64,000 nucleotides of DNA from the human T2T-CHM13v2.0 reference genome, Homo sapiens. The position numbers and the translations under genes are program-made. Shown here piece after piece: positions 25,128-38,319 of the stretch (its first letter is position 1; every line of letters starts with the position of its first letter). Below the pieces are notes generated by a model that saw only the letters and a program-made list of their open reading frames with translations, was not told where the DNA came from and made no database searches. The stretch is taken from the NCBI RefSeq assembly GCF_009914755.1, contig NC_060931.1, one strand, 5' to 3'.

Positions 25128-27606
25128 CTGTGGCAAGAAATTTAAAGAAAGAAGAATTTTTTGAAAATGGGAGCATGGGAGAATTCAATAGAGAGAACAT
25201 AAAAGCCAGGAGCTACAGTTGAAAAGGCTCTTCTCTGAATACGAGTCCAGTCACTGCAAAAGAGGCTGCCAAGAACCATCTTCGTCCTAGGAATGGTAGC
25301 CGGGCTGCAGGACAGCTGGATGAGCACAGGCTAGGCCAGATACAGGGCGGGAACCCTTGCAATGACAGTGTGGGGGCTGGAGAGGTCCCTTGGGAGAGGC
25401 CCTCAAACATTGTGCAAGAATCCCCAACGAAGGGAATGAGCTTGCAGCTAAGAAAGAGGATCATGAATCTCCAGCTGAATCCTCTCCCAAAGAGGAGAGG
25501 TGAGAAAGGCTCAGACACAAAATGATACCTATAATGAATCACTGAAAAGAGCTGGAAGGAGGTCAGTCTTCTGGGTGGGATTTAACCAGGAGCCTGGATC
25601 TTTAAAACCTTCCAGAAAGCAAGCACTCAGCTGCACGGGAGCAGCACTCTACCACATTGCTATTAACAGTAAACAGTGCATCTGCTTTAGGCCAGCCCAT
25701 GAGTCCAAAGAGAAAACACATCATAAAAAGCCACTGAATGGCAAAACTATCTGAGAGTGGAAAAGTACAAACAGCACAACCAAAAGAACAAGAAGTCACT
25801 GCCCTATGCTAATGAGTCCAACAGACCTTCACAGTGTGCTGTATTTCTGGGATCCAGTGCTTCCTTCATCACCCTCCATTGGGGCATGTCTGCCTAAACT
25901 TCTAATATTTCTGGTGTTGGAAACCTCCTGGCAGCAAGATCCACTGGAGTTGGGCTTGGTCCCCAGTGCCTTGCCCACAGTAGGCTTCCAAAAGATGTTT
26001 ATAAACATGACAAATATCACTGTGTCAGCATTTCACAAGGGCAGTAAAGCTTGCAGAAAAGGAAATGATCAGATTCCATAAAAGGCTGTGTTGAATTAAA
26101 GTGGGATAAGAACATATTGACATTCAGTTGTGGGAAGAAAATGACGCCTGGCTTCCAAACTGAAGGGGACACCAAGCGTGGGTCTGGATTCCACTTGTGA
26201 GAAATGGCTCAGTGGGAAGTCCTTCTGGCCAGGGCTCTCTGGAGAACAGCATCCAGAACGTCCCTAGCTGTCCCATCTCCAGTTTACTGGAGGTGGTATG
26301 GTGAATGGTTGTGGCTCTTTATGACCTGGTAAACTCTTTGCTCAAATCTATCCTTGGATTGTGAAATCTGAATGTCAAATCCAGGGACAAGATGAAGACA
26401 CAGCAGTCAGATAAGATTTCACCCAGAGGCCACCAACAACACTCGGTTTCCTCAAGTCTGCTATTCTAATATCCCCTATTTTGTTCCTTTCATCTTAAGA
26501 TTGAGTCCAAAGTCTGTCAGAGAGGCAGGATGCACGCACAGAGGTAAAAACAGTTATATACTCTCATCTAGATTCCAAAAAGATAATGCATGCAGAAATG
26601 TTATTTGTCCTTGCTTTAAAACTTTACACGGAAACGAAGGAGCCAACCAAAACCATCCATCATTCCTCCTCTCCCAATAATCTCTCATCTCTGCAGACTC
26701 GCCAGATGCTCTTGGTCCTGCGACCCTCTTTCCTGCCATCATCATTATTCAGTTTCAGTCCTCAACAATCAGGTCTAATTCAGCTCTCCAGCTACAAAAG
26801 CCCTTATCTCCACTCAGAAATAGCATCGTGTTGGGCTTCTTATGCTGGAATTCTGGATGCTAGAAGATCCTACTTTTCAAGAATTATCTGTCCTTTCTCC
26901 CCTACACAACGCCTTCTCTCTACTTCACTTCAGGACAATCAGTAGCCACAGGCTTCGGGGCTGAGCTTTGACTGAGCCCCGGGTCTTTCCCAGCCTCACT
27001 CCCCACCCCTTCCACTCTCACACCATTACCTGTGCCAAAATGAACCCATCTATGTTTCCCGGAAACGCTACAGCCCTGCCTGAGGCTGGACCTCCTGGCA
27101 GCCAAATCATACATTCCACAGGGTGTAACTCCAAGGCGATTTTCTCCAGGAAGCATGAAGCAGAGGTTTCATCCAAGAATTTGGAAAAATTCTCTCAGGT
27201 ATTAGGCACAGAGCATGAGTGAACCAGGTGGGTGTCTCACTTTTCTATAAACACAGGGAGTTTAAAATCCGAGCTGCTTCTGATTTCCCCACTCCTAGTG
27301 AATCAAGCTGTCCTTACTGGGAACCAACGACCTGCAATGTCCCCTCAGTCCACAATTTCCATTTGGGGAGACAGACAGAGTGAAAGAATAGCTTCCCTTT
27401 CCTTAGTCTAGTCTGCAGCATGGTAGCACACAAAGATGAGTATAATGGGGCAAAAAGGGCAGGGGGAGAAAAAAAAAAGAAAACTGAAAATCAAGTGTCC
27501 ACCAACAATAGAATGGATCAATTGGCTGTAGGATTTTCATAAGATAGAAAGCCAGAACTTCCAAAGAGAACAACAGCTACAAGCAATCTTAGAAATATGA
27601 TTGGTG

Positions 27607-27788
27607 GATGCTGGTGAGGTTGTAGAGAAAAAGGAATGCTTTTGCACTGTTGGTGAGAGTGTAAAATAGTTCAGCCATTGTGGAAGACAGCGTGGCGATT
27701 CCTCAAAGACCTAGAGGCAGTAATACCATAGGACCCAGCAATCCCATTACTGGGTATTATACCCAAAGGAATAGAAATCCTTCTATTA
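27607..27788 (+). mobile_element. L1P-type ORF2 3' fragment
   Basis: gatgctggtgaggttgtagagaaaaaggaatgc...gacccagcaatcccattactgggtat. Confidence 0.8.
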
Positions 27789-27840
27789 CAGGTTGGTGCA
27801 AAAGTCATTATGGTTTTTGCCATGATTTTTAATGCAAAAA
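27789..27840. mobile_element. Truncated MADE1 (Hsmar1-derived MITE)
   Basis: aggttggtgcaaaagtcattatggtttttgccat matches the MADE1 inverted-repeat arm; the second arm is largely missing. Confidence 0.75.
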
Positions 27841-28380
27841 GGATTCAGGCAGGCATAGTCCTTTACCTGCATTAGAGATCATCTCATGAGTCTAGGCTTA
27901 TTCTAGTATCACTTTTAATCCATCTAAAAATGCCCTACTGGGTATAGATACAAGAATAGTACTCAACAGTATGCTAGTTTTCATATAAAAAATGTGTTTG
28001 CCTGCATTTGGACAGGTAACCAGTGAAAAGACACACACGAATCTACTCCAGATGGTTGCCCAAGGGAGGTGACAGGGTGGTGAGGGGGGTAGAGCCGAAA
28101 TGGAAGCAAAACGGGCTTAGTGGATGCCTTATCCCATGGTTCTAATTTTTGAACAATGAAATGGATTACCTATTCAAAACAATAGAAAATAAAATTAACA
28201 AATTAATGTTCTTTCTTAAATAAGGTGAAAACTTTGTAAAATATACCTGAAAAAATAAATACTAAGAATAAAATTTGTGAGTATTGTTAAAGTCATCTTT
28301 TATTTTATTAGCCTAAAAATAAACCAACAGAGTTTCTCTGTGGATGAGCTGAACAGATCAATAGGGAGCAGTAACCTTAC

Positions 28381-28512
28381 CTTTCTTGTTCAGCTGCAGG
28401 ACTGAAGGTGGGGGCGTGGCCACCTTCATGGCCAGGCCATAGGCCCCTCGGAAGGAATGGCTGTCTCGAACAATGAATGAGCCCGGCTCCTTGTCCTTCA
28501 ACATGGCGATGG
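28381..28512 (-). CDS. TNS3: TNS3 coding exon, 132 nt, phase 1-1: SH2 core [43 protein letters not shown]
   Basis: Acceptor CTCCAG|CC and donor AAG|GTAAGG; FIVRDS phosphotyrosine-binding motif. Confidence 0.97.
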
Positions 28513-29087
28513 CTGGAGAAAGGGAGGAGAAAGACAAGAAGGTCTGCCGGGTGGACAAAGGTCTATGCCCACTCATAACCTTGGGTAGGTCCTCTCCCCT
28601 TACTCTTTTTGCAAACTGGATCAGTGGGGACCTGGCCGGGATCCCTCTGCTTGGCTGGAAGAACTACATGTCCATGCAGTTGAGGGACCTTCAGGGAGGT
28701 CTCTGTGGTGTCGTGTATGTTTCATGGGTGGGCCTGCCTGTTGAGGAGGCAGAAAGGACAGGAACATCCCTCTCTTTAGCTAGACTGAGGTGCCGGGCAC
28801 TGTCCTGTGGGCTGCCCATGGAAGAACACAGGATTTCTGTTAATCCCACAACACCTGTGATGTCCAAATGATGGTCCCCACCTGACAGCCCAGGAAACCA
28901 AGGCTCACGCTGAGTAAGAAACAAGACCAGATCCAAATATACACAAAGGGGAGAAACAGGCAGTGGGAGGGAGGCTGTCGCAGAACACCCTGCCTCTGCT
29001 TGGACACTGCCCCCTGTGGCATTTTTCTTAAAGATTTTAGAACATGAGAACATGAACTCTTTCAACAGCATAAAAGGAAAGAAGTTT

Positions 29088-29384
29088 TTTGTTTTTTTTT
29101 TTTTGAGATGGAGTCTCGCTCTGTTGCCCAGGCTAGAGTGCAGTGGCATGGTCTCGGCTCACTGCAACCTCCACTTCTGGGTTCAAGCGATTCTCCTGCC
29201 TCAGCCTCCGGAGTAGCTGGGACTACAGGCGCCTGCCACCACGTCTGGCTAATTTTTTGTATTTTTAGTAGAGATGGGGTTTCACCATGTTAGCCAGGAT
29301 GGTCTTGATCTCCTGACCTTGTGATCCACCCGCCTCAGCCTCCCAAAGTGCTGGGATTACAGGCGTGAGCCACTGCGCCTGGCC
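29088..29384 (-). mobile_element. Alu (AluSc-like)
   Basis: Full antisense Alu; TSD AGGAAAGAAGTTT on both sides. Confidence 0.95.
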
Positions 29385-30423
29385 AGGAAAGAAGTTTCTA
29401 ATTACATTTTCTGATGATAGAAAGGGCATACCCAAAATGTTACTGAAAATTTAATACAAATTCCAAGATTCACCAAGGAAGTAACAAAAACCTGGCCTGC
29501 AGGTGGCCCCCTATCCCGTGGCTCCATGGCTGATGTGGCCAAATGGGCCCAGCCTGGATGGGGCTGAGGACACATTCCCCATGTGCCCGCCAACCCAGGG
29601 CCTCGCACAGTGGGTCACCCAGCTTCCCTGGTGAGGCTGGTAGGCATTCAACTAATCATAATCATTGCTTCAAAAAATCTCTCTCCTTCATGGCCAAAAT
29701 CTGGCATTTCCAAGAAGAGGGAGTGGGTTAGGGTAATAGTAACCTCAACTCGATACTGCCCAGACAAGCCAGAGTGTTCCCTGATAACTAGACTACATCT
29801 CAGAATTTCTTTTCTAGACATTTACTCTTTATTTTAAAAAAGGGAAAACTGGGGATTTAGAGTATAAAGTTATACATAATTACAGCCATGGAAATGCTGC
29901 CTTTCTGGAATGCCAAAGGCTCTGCCTGGAAGCGATCAGGGCGCAGAACATGAACCAGTAAGTGCTGGGATGCCCCCGGCATGCCTCAGTAAATACCTCC
30001 ACGGCGCACTCCCACAGAGGCCCCTCACATGCCCCCAGGCCTGACCGGACCCACAGCCAAGGCATCTGTCTGGCCATAGGATGAAACGAATGGTTTCTTT
30101 TACACATTTTTCAATGTCTGCACCGTGGCCCTGTGCACAGGATGAGGGCACGGGGAGGAGCTCAACATGCCCCTGGGGATGAAGCAGGAGCTTCTAAACA
30201 GCACGCAGTGGGAAGGATGGGCAGGAAAACACAGGCAGGCTCACCGTGCATGCCCGAGACTGCTGGTAGCTCCAGCCAGGCCTGCAGCCGCCCATGCAAG
30301 GGACCCAGGGCTGGGTGGGGGGCCTCCTGGGGCAGGGCACAGGCCCTGGGAATAAACCCTGAATTCTGGTGCACGTTTTCTCACAGCGTAGTCTATAAAC
30401 TTGGGGGCTGAACGTGAATGACA

Positions 30424-30739
30424 TTTTTTCAGTTTTTAATTTTTATTTTTTTGAGATAGGCTCTCTCACTCTGTTGCCCAGACTGAAGTACAGTGACACA
30501 ATCATAGCTCACTGCAGCCTCAACCTGCTGGGCCCAAGTGATCCTCCCACCTCAGCTTCCTGAGTAGCTGGGACTACAAGTGTACACCACCACACCCAGC
30601 TAATTTTTAAAAATTTTTGGTAGACACTGGGTCTCACTATGTTGCCCAGGCTGGCCTTAAACTCCTGGGCTCAAGTGATCCTCCCACCTCAGCTTCCCTA
30701 AGTTGCTGGGATTATAGGAGTGAGTCACTGCGCCGGGCC
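30424..30739 (-). mobile_element. Alu (AluJ-like)
   Basis: Antisense Alu with J-type features (tcatagctcactgcagcctcaac; ctcctgggctcaagtgatcctccc). Confidence 0.92.
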
Positions 30740-33484
30740 TACTTTTTTGTTTTCTCTAAGTAGGACAAAAGATCACTTACATTTTGTTTCAACTGTGATA
30801 TACCTCAGAGCTTTTCTTTTTGTAAGTCATGGTTCTACTTCTCTGTGGTAAATAAAGTGTAGAAGCCTCACGGGACTGAGACTTTGGGCACCTGTGGATG
30901 GCAGTGGAGGGAACACGGGCTTTGCTCCGACCAGTTCTCCCCATGCCAGGAGGGAAGCCCCAGCTGCCAGGCTGCAGGGGTGCAAGGGGGCTGTGCTCTC
31001 CTGCACAGGCAATGGGAGTAAGAGGAGAATTTTAGACCCGCTGTTTTTCCAAACAGAAGTAGGCTGAGGAGCCTGGTGTGCTGAAGTTGGAAAAACGAGC
31101 GTCCACACACTGCACACAGCAGCTGCGTGCTCCACCCTGGCACTGGCATCGCATTCCTCACCTGGAGACAGGGATGAGGGGAGGGGAGGCAAGTGAGTCT
31201 CCTCGCACCTTCTCACACTGTCGCGCCCTGCATCTGGAGAAGCATCTGGAGAAGCAACACCCCAGAAGTACAACTGGGACAGTAGTACTTAATTTTGATT
31301 TTACTTTAAGGTCCTCTTTTCCTCCTGAGGTATTTTTATGTTAGCTTTAAGAAACCTCAAGGAATTAAGTATGTGACAAATTGCACTCCCAAAGAGGTTA
31401 TCTGGGTGTTTTTTTTCCTCCTGCATCACCCTGAAATGTCATTGTAGCTTTTCTAGAAAAAGGCACATCTGACAGTTAAAATCCAAATAAATGACACCCA
31501 AGGGCAGCCTTCCGCTGTTTGGAGACTCTGACACGGGCAGTAGAAGGTTCGTCTGCACAGGTCTCTTCTATGTAAAATATGTAGAAAATGAAGGTTATCC
31601 TTTTAGAGCTCAGCTGGAAAAACCAACACTCGATGCACATGTTGGCCATCCTGAGATGGGGTCCTCCCAGCAAACCTTCTACAATGTGTGCTGAAGATCA
31701 AGCACATGCCAACAGCAGCCCCTACACATACTGCACATCCACATCCACTTATCCTGCATCTACCAGGCGCCAGCAAGGGCAGGTACCTTCCACATGGCAC
31801 TGCTCTCAGCAAACCCCCGCGGCAGGCTCGAACCTTGCTACCCTGCCGAGGAAGCCAGCAGTGCACTCCAACCCAAATCTGTCTGTTTCAGATCCCCCCT
31901 GCTACAATGACATTGCACAATGAGAGAAGGGGGCATCCAGCCCCACACATCGCCCTGCCCTAGAAGACGGCACCAATAGAGTGGAAGGGTCTGTGCAGAA
32001 TCTCTTAGGTGCTGGATAGGCACCTCTCAGTTTGGCCAGCTGGAGGAGGTGCCGAGGCACTGGGGGCCACAGTCATCGGGATTCTTGAGACACAAGCAGG
32101 GCCAGGGTGGTGGCAACAGGCACACAGCATCCGGCCGCAGAGAGGCCCTCAGCCATGGTGAGCAGTGTTTCACAAAGGCCAATTCAGGGAAATGAAGGTC
32201 TTTCCAGGCCACAGGCTTTTTTTTCTCTCTCTTCCACTTAAAATGACAATCGCTTCTTTGAGATCATAAGAGATGCACATTCTTACCATTTCTGTCATCT
32301 ACATAACTGAATAGCAGAATTTCAGTGGAGAGCTGGACAGAGCTATTTTTCTGCCACTCAACTATTCATTTCTAGGCATTCCTGAGGCATCTTCATAAGG
32401 AGAGAGCTTGATTTTCTTCTGAAGTTGAGGTAAAGAGGCACAGAGGAGCCAAGTGGGTCTCCTGCTGACTGCGGGCAGCTTGTCATTTCTCACCGCTTTA
32501 AACCAACCCATTCCCTCTTTCACTCCAGCCTCCACCAGGTGGCCACCGGGATTCACTTTGGTTCCTAGGAATCCTGACTCCGTCTTCCAGGCACTGGAGG
32601 CATGGCCCTGCCCTGCCTTGCCAGTCACACACCATCTCTTCTGAGGTATATCCCAGAAGCAACAAACTCTATGCACTGCCAAAATGAGGTATCCAGAGGA
32701 AGGTACGCTCAGCTGAGACACAGCATCCAGGGAGAAAAGCCATCCCACAGCCGAGGGAAGCACCTTATGAATTCTCCTCATTGCCCAGGGGCTGTCTCCA
32801 AGCAGGGCTGCCCAGAAGAGCTTGCTAGCCTTCCTCTCCCACATCTCTTCTATTCATGCTCTGGTAAAAAGTGATGCTCAAAATATTCAAATATTCATTG
32901 CTCAAAAATTAGTATTAATGATTTCAAATTAGAAAAAAAAAAAAAAAAAGCCTGACATTGTACCAAGCAGAGAGATGCTCTGTCTGGTTTGTGTGTGAGG
33001 CATGCGGCTAAGTCCACAACCGGGTCTCATTATTAAGTGCTTATGTAGGTGTTCACAAACACACAGTGTCCCTGACTTCTCAGAGGAGGGTGTCTCTCCT
33101 GCTTCCTCACCCTGTCCTCTCTGGTTTCATGGAGATGCAGGAGAGTGTGTCTCCTCCTCACAGTCAGCAGTTGTGGGCTGGCATCACTGGCAAGCCAGTG
33201 GCTGGTGCAAGCAGCCAGAAATTACACCCTACACACTGGAATGCTCATGGCTGGGGCCCATTCCTCACCAACTCCCTCATTAGTAGTGAGTTTTCCCCTA
33301 TAAAAACTTAAAGGTTGTAGCATGTCCCCAGGAGGCATGGAATAACGTGTGGGCCCTGCTCAAACTCAATCCATATGAAGGCCACGGCTGCCCGATGTTC
33401 CCACCGCAGGGCCCATCTTCACACAAGGCAGCGAAGCGGGCACTAGGGCAGATGCCCAAGGAGGCCCTCATCCTCCCCACATAC

Positions 33485-33571
33485 CTTGTTCTCTTGAAAT
33501 ATCCGCCTTGTACCAGAACTTGGAAGTGTCTTGAACAAATTTCACGATCACAAGTTTATCACCTGGACTAT
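33485..33571 (-). CDS. TNS3: TNS3 coding exon, 87 nt, phase 1-1: (D)SPGDKLVIVKFVQDTSKFWYKADISREQ(A), start of SH2
   Basis: Acceptor TTTACAG|AT and donor AAG|GTATGT; tensin FVQDTSKFWYK motif. Confidence 0.95.
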
Positions 33572-34248
33572 CTGTAAAGCAAAATTTAAAAACAGTGACC
33601 ATGATGGGCACTTTTCTTCTTGCAACCTCTCATCTGCTGTGATCCCAGAAGTCCAAATCCCATGCCAAGGGCAAGCAAGCGAGCGATGTTCTAAGGAAAG
33701 GGAACCCTGCCTTTGAAATGACTGAGTTGGAGGAGGCAGTGACTGTTTTATAACACAAAACAGAACAACAGGATGCTTGGATTGAGCCTTTGCAATACAT
33801 TTTAAGAATACATAGGAAGGTAGTGAGGAAAGAGAGGGTAAGGTTGGTGTTGTTCAACCCATAGACCACACTGCTTCTTATACACTTGAAATATTTCATA
33901 ATGACGTTTTGGATGAATTAATTTAATTTGACAAGGAATTTGTTATTTACAAAAAGCCATGTTCCCAAGTGACATGGAAAGTAGAACCACTGCAAATGTC
34001 TGCACTTTCTACAACTGGAAGGAATCCAAGGTGGCCAAACACAGAAGCCAAGAAGAGTGAATGAAAAGCCTGAGCCAGTGCTTGGTTTTGGACGAGGAAA
34101 ATGGAAAAGTACCCCAACGGCTCTGGATTTCCTCTCCAGGTGCCCAGCCCAGCACTAGAGATATGCCAGCTCAGCTGCAGGTCTGAACCCTTCCCTTCCC
34201 CAGTGAATGGACAGAGGGGCCCTTCCAACCAGCTGGAAACACACCTAC

Positions 34249-34883
34249 CTGGCAGAGGTGAGGCCGCTTCTGAAGCCTTGGAAAAGTCGGGAAGGACATT
34301 TGGGAAGGGGATACTGATGGTGCTCCCGCTGTGCGGGCTGGAGAAGCCACTGGAGGAGGGAGAGACTGAGCCCAAAGAACGATCCCCCTCCGAGGCCCGC
34401 TTCTTCTCAGGGAGGGGTGGCTGCCCGGGCAGGGTCACACCCTGGCCCTGCAGGCCTGGACTGTGGTGGCTGCTGTGTCCAGGCGCCACCGTGAGAAAGT
34501 TGTGGGACAGGAAGCCATTGTCGGCAGCCCCTGTCGCTGTCAGCGGGATGCTGGGGGTCGGTGACGCTCCATGAGAATTGGCCAGCAAGGCCCCCAGGTC
34601 CTCCTCGGGCGGAAGGCCACTTCCCACTGGGGCGGTGCCGAAGCCCAGGAAGGCCTGGCTGCTGGGAGGCGCCAGGGAGTCCGGTGGCTCTGCTAGGGAC
34701 AGCTCATGGCTGTGGAAAGGAGCCTGGAGCTCTGACGGCGGGAAGCAGGACAGCACTGGGGAGTCCTTCCTGGTACCGGAGAACTCAGCGCTGAGGGGAC
34801 TTCCGGTGGGCCGGCCGCTCCCCAGCAGGGAAACCATGGGCTTGGGGCTGCTCTCCACCCACTGGCGTTCTGCAGAAGAGGAG
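34249..34883 (-). CDS. TNS3: TNS3 coding exon, 635 nt, phase 2-1: Ser/Pro-rich region SSSAERQW...PPLPEKKRASEG...EAASPLP
   Basis: Acceptor TTTTGAACAG|C and donor CAG|GTAGGT; lies within ORF 33947..34948; contains the tensin PPLPEKK motif. Confidence 0.95.
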
Positions 34884-36130
34884 CTGTTCAAAAGACAAGC
34901 CGACCAAGACAGCATGTAAGGTACAAAGAGACACCTGAAGACCAGCAAGCGTCACCCACACGGGAAGACAGGGATGGGGAAGTGGGTGCTGAGGCCCTCC
35001 AGGCAGCACAGGAGGTATTTTCCAAAATATGTACACTAAGGCCCTCTCTGAGCTCACGCTGCCTGCCTTTCAAGCCCCCATTTCATGCCTGGATGCTGCA
35101 GCCCGCATGAGGGCACCCAGGGGAGCCGCCCCATGAAGGCCTCCACATGCGCAGATGCTGCTCCCTCGGCCCCTGCGCCTTCCCTCCTGCATCTTCACCG
35201 GGTCAAGGCCCTTTCGTCCTTTAAGACGCAGCTCAGCTGTGCACCCACTGGGAAGCCTTTTCCTAGCCCTTAGCCAGCACCTGTGGCCACATACACGTGT
35301 GCCCTCGGGAGTAGAAATGCCCTCCCGTCTTGTCCCACAGCACTAGGCAGGGATGCCACCCACATTCATCCCCCGCAGCCAGGCCGTTGGTTCACTGTGG
35401 GTCCCCTCCTCCTCGCAGCATGATCCCTCTGCCCCATCTCCTTTATCTGCCAGATACACCATCAGTCCTCAATCCATGCTTGCTAGATGAACCAGTTGAT
35501 TAACGGATACCACAAAGACTACTGGAAATTACCAACCACTTACGAGTACGGAAAGACAGCTAAAACCACACCACATGACACACGTATTTCACTAGCAATG
35601 GAACATTCATGGGTACAGAGTCTATGCGTAATGTCCTTAAATGAGGGCTCCTCTTTTATTTTAAGGAGAACAGAGGTAGAATTTAAAAAGTTAAATAGGG
35701 AGCTACGTGTTCATACAACAAAGCATAAAGAAACTTATTCCTACTCTGAGCAAGTGAAATGGTCTCACGTATGAATGTCCTCAGGGGTAGTATCTTTGTG
35801 AAGCAGAAATAGGCCATTTTTCCCTGTTAATACCCACCCTCTCCCACCCCCAGGTCTTTCTGTAAACCAGAAGCCCTCTAAGACTGATTTTTCCTGTATT
35901 TCCTGTATGTCCCTATATTTTCTCGTATGTCACCACATACACCTGTCCCCGGCGGTAGCAGTGTCGTGCACACAGCCCTGGTCCCCTGCCCCGCCCCATC
36001 TTCAGGCCAGTCCCTGCCTGGTCTAGCTTCAGCTTCTCTGAAGAGCAAGCCCCCGCTGGTCCCACATGCCTCTCAGCATTCTGGGTCTTTAAGGGGAACT
36101 TGTGCCAAGTTTAAAGATCCATCTTCTTAC

Positions 36131-36302
36131 CTCTCTCTCCTCTGCCCAGGGCCGTTGCTGGAAATGGTGCAGGAAGAAGCAAAAGCCTGCTGAAAGGAGG
36201 GCGTCGAGGACGCATCAGCCCGGAGCATCGTGGATTTGGGTCCGATGGGGCTCTCTGACATCCCCACAGCGTGAGTGAGCGTCTCAGGGCAGCTTCGTGG
36301 TT
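36131..36302 (-). CDS. TNS3: TNS3 coding exon, 172 nt, phase 1-2: (E)PRSCPETLTHAVGMSESPIGPK...GPGQRRE(S)
   Basis: Acceptor CGCTACAG|AA and donor GAG|GTAAGA; open frame that joins the next exon in frame (AG|C=Ser). The ORF track shows this region in a different frame. Confidence 0.92.
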
Positions 36303-37862
36303 CTGTAGCGGGAACACAGGAAGCAGAGAGACCTCGGTTGTAGGACTGGAGAAGTCATAATCTCTGCTGCTTTTGCATGTTCCACAAGAAACAGTGCTGA
36401 CTTTGAGGCTTTCTGTCATCCATGGCCATACTGAACATGACATCACTACCCGTAATAGGCTGGAGGAGGCGGCCAGCCCTGCACCCACAAGCATGGGTTT
36501 ATTCTCACCCATCACTGTTTCCAAAAATAAAGCGACCTAATTCAGTCCCCCACAGTGTCCAGCCCATTACCACGAGCTGGTCATGTGAGGAGATGCACAT
36601 TGGGCCGCCTGGGCTGGTCCTCCCAGCCCCATCCCCCACAAAGGCTGATGTCCTGTAATGTACTCTCCACTCCATGATCTAGGCTGCACCTCACTTTAGA
36701 ATCGGCATGGCCTTTCCTCTGCAAACCAGCAGGCGACTTCTCCCAATAAAGACCATAAGTGCAGGCCCTGCGGCAGCCGGGCGGCCTAGGTGTCCTCCAC
36801 CTTCCTTTGGTCCCTACCCTCCCCCCAGCTGGTAACTGGGCCATCAACATCGAGCACTATGAGGGTGCAAACCCATGCTGCTGCTTTCCAGGTCAAACCC
36901 CGCTGCTTCAAAGGCCACACCGTGGGGTGCAGAAGCCACCCTCGCAGGTGGGCCAGAACGCAAACCTGCTTGTGTCCCATGCCTGAGCCCAGGCACATTC
37001 CTCTGACAGAATTTCTGTTTGGTTTCTTGCCCAGCAGCTGCATTATTTCTGGATATTTAAAACATCTTACCTTTTATATTTTTTCTTTTTTTAAACCAGG
37101 CTTCAAGAAATGGACAAATCTACCATGGTCAGTAAAATAATATTATTAGAAATACTGGTCAGTTTGTTTTCTGTTTCAAAACTAATGAGGATTGATAAGA
37201 GAATATTAATGTAGAAAAAAACTCCATATTATTCATTTCCTGGAGAGGGTATTGAAATTTAGAGATTTCCAAATAATGCTGTTTTCCCTACAACTCACAG
37301 GACTATCACCTCACATGCTTGAAATATGTGTTATTTTAATTATACTGAAAAAAAGGCTACCTTCTTTACCCTTCAAATGAAAACCAATAATAAAACTGAA
37401 TACCAGAATCACACTTTATAAAAATGACATTTACTAAGAATACTCTGAAAGGAATTATCAACAGCATATGTGATTTCTGAAGATGAAATACCTAGGGGGT
37501 TTTCATTAATCCAGGTGCCAATGAGCACTGGTCTGTGGATTATTCAGACCAGTGAGGAATTATATCCAAAAAAAGCAAGGGAAAGCCCTGACCACTCAAC
37601 TAAATTACCTCCACATACAGGATGTAATATCCTGGTTTTTTAAAAAAAATTGATCTCTACAGAATTTGCACTATCAATTCACAAATGGAATGCACTTCAC
37701 TCCAATGAGGTAAACAAGCTCCATCTCTACCAAGACAGAATGAACATTCTAAAAATTATATGGTATCCCCACATATGTGAAGTGAAGCACTTTTTTGGTC
37801 ACACGTCATTTCAATATGAATTAAAAATTACTATTTTTATTTAGCACGAATTCTTTTCCTAA

Positions 37863-38175
<313 letters not shown>

Positions 38176-38319
38176 TAGAATTTTAAAATATATTAATCAG
38201 CACACAAAATGTCTGGAGTTATGCCTAAATTAACAACTATCCTAAGTTATCTAATAGACCTTGGTAGAGAAAAAGTGAACTTTAAATGTTTAATTTTTCA
38301 TGAAACTTTAAAAACCACA

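Noticed and set aside
34101-34919. Plus-strand ORFs of 157 and 113 aa
   Set aside because: Antisense shadows of the GC-rich TNS3 exon.
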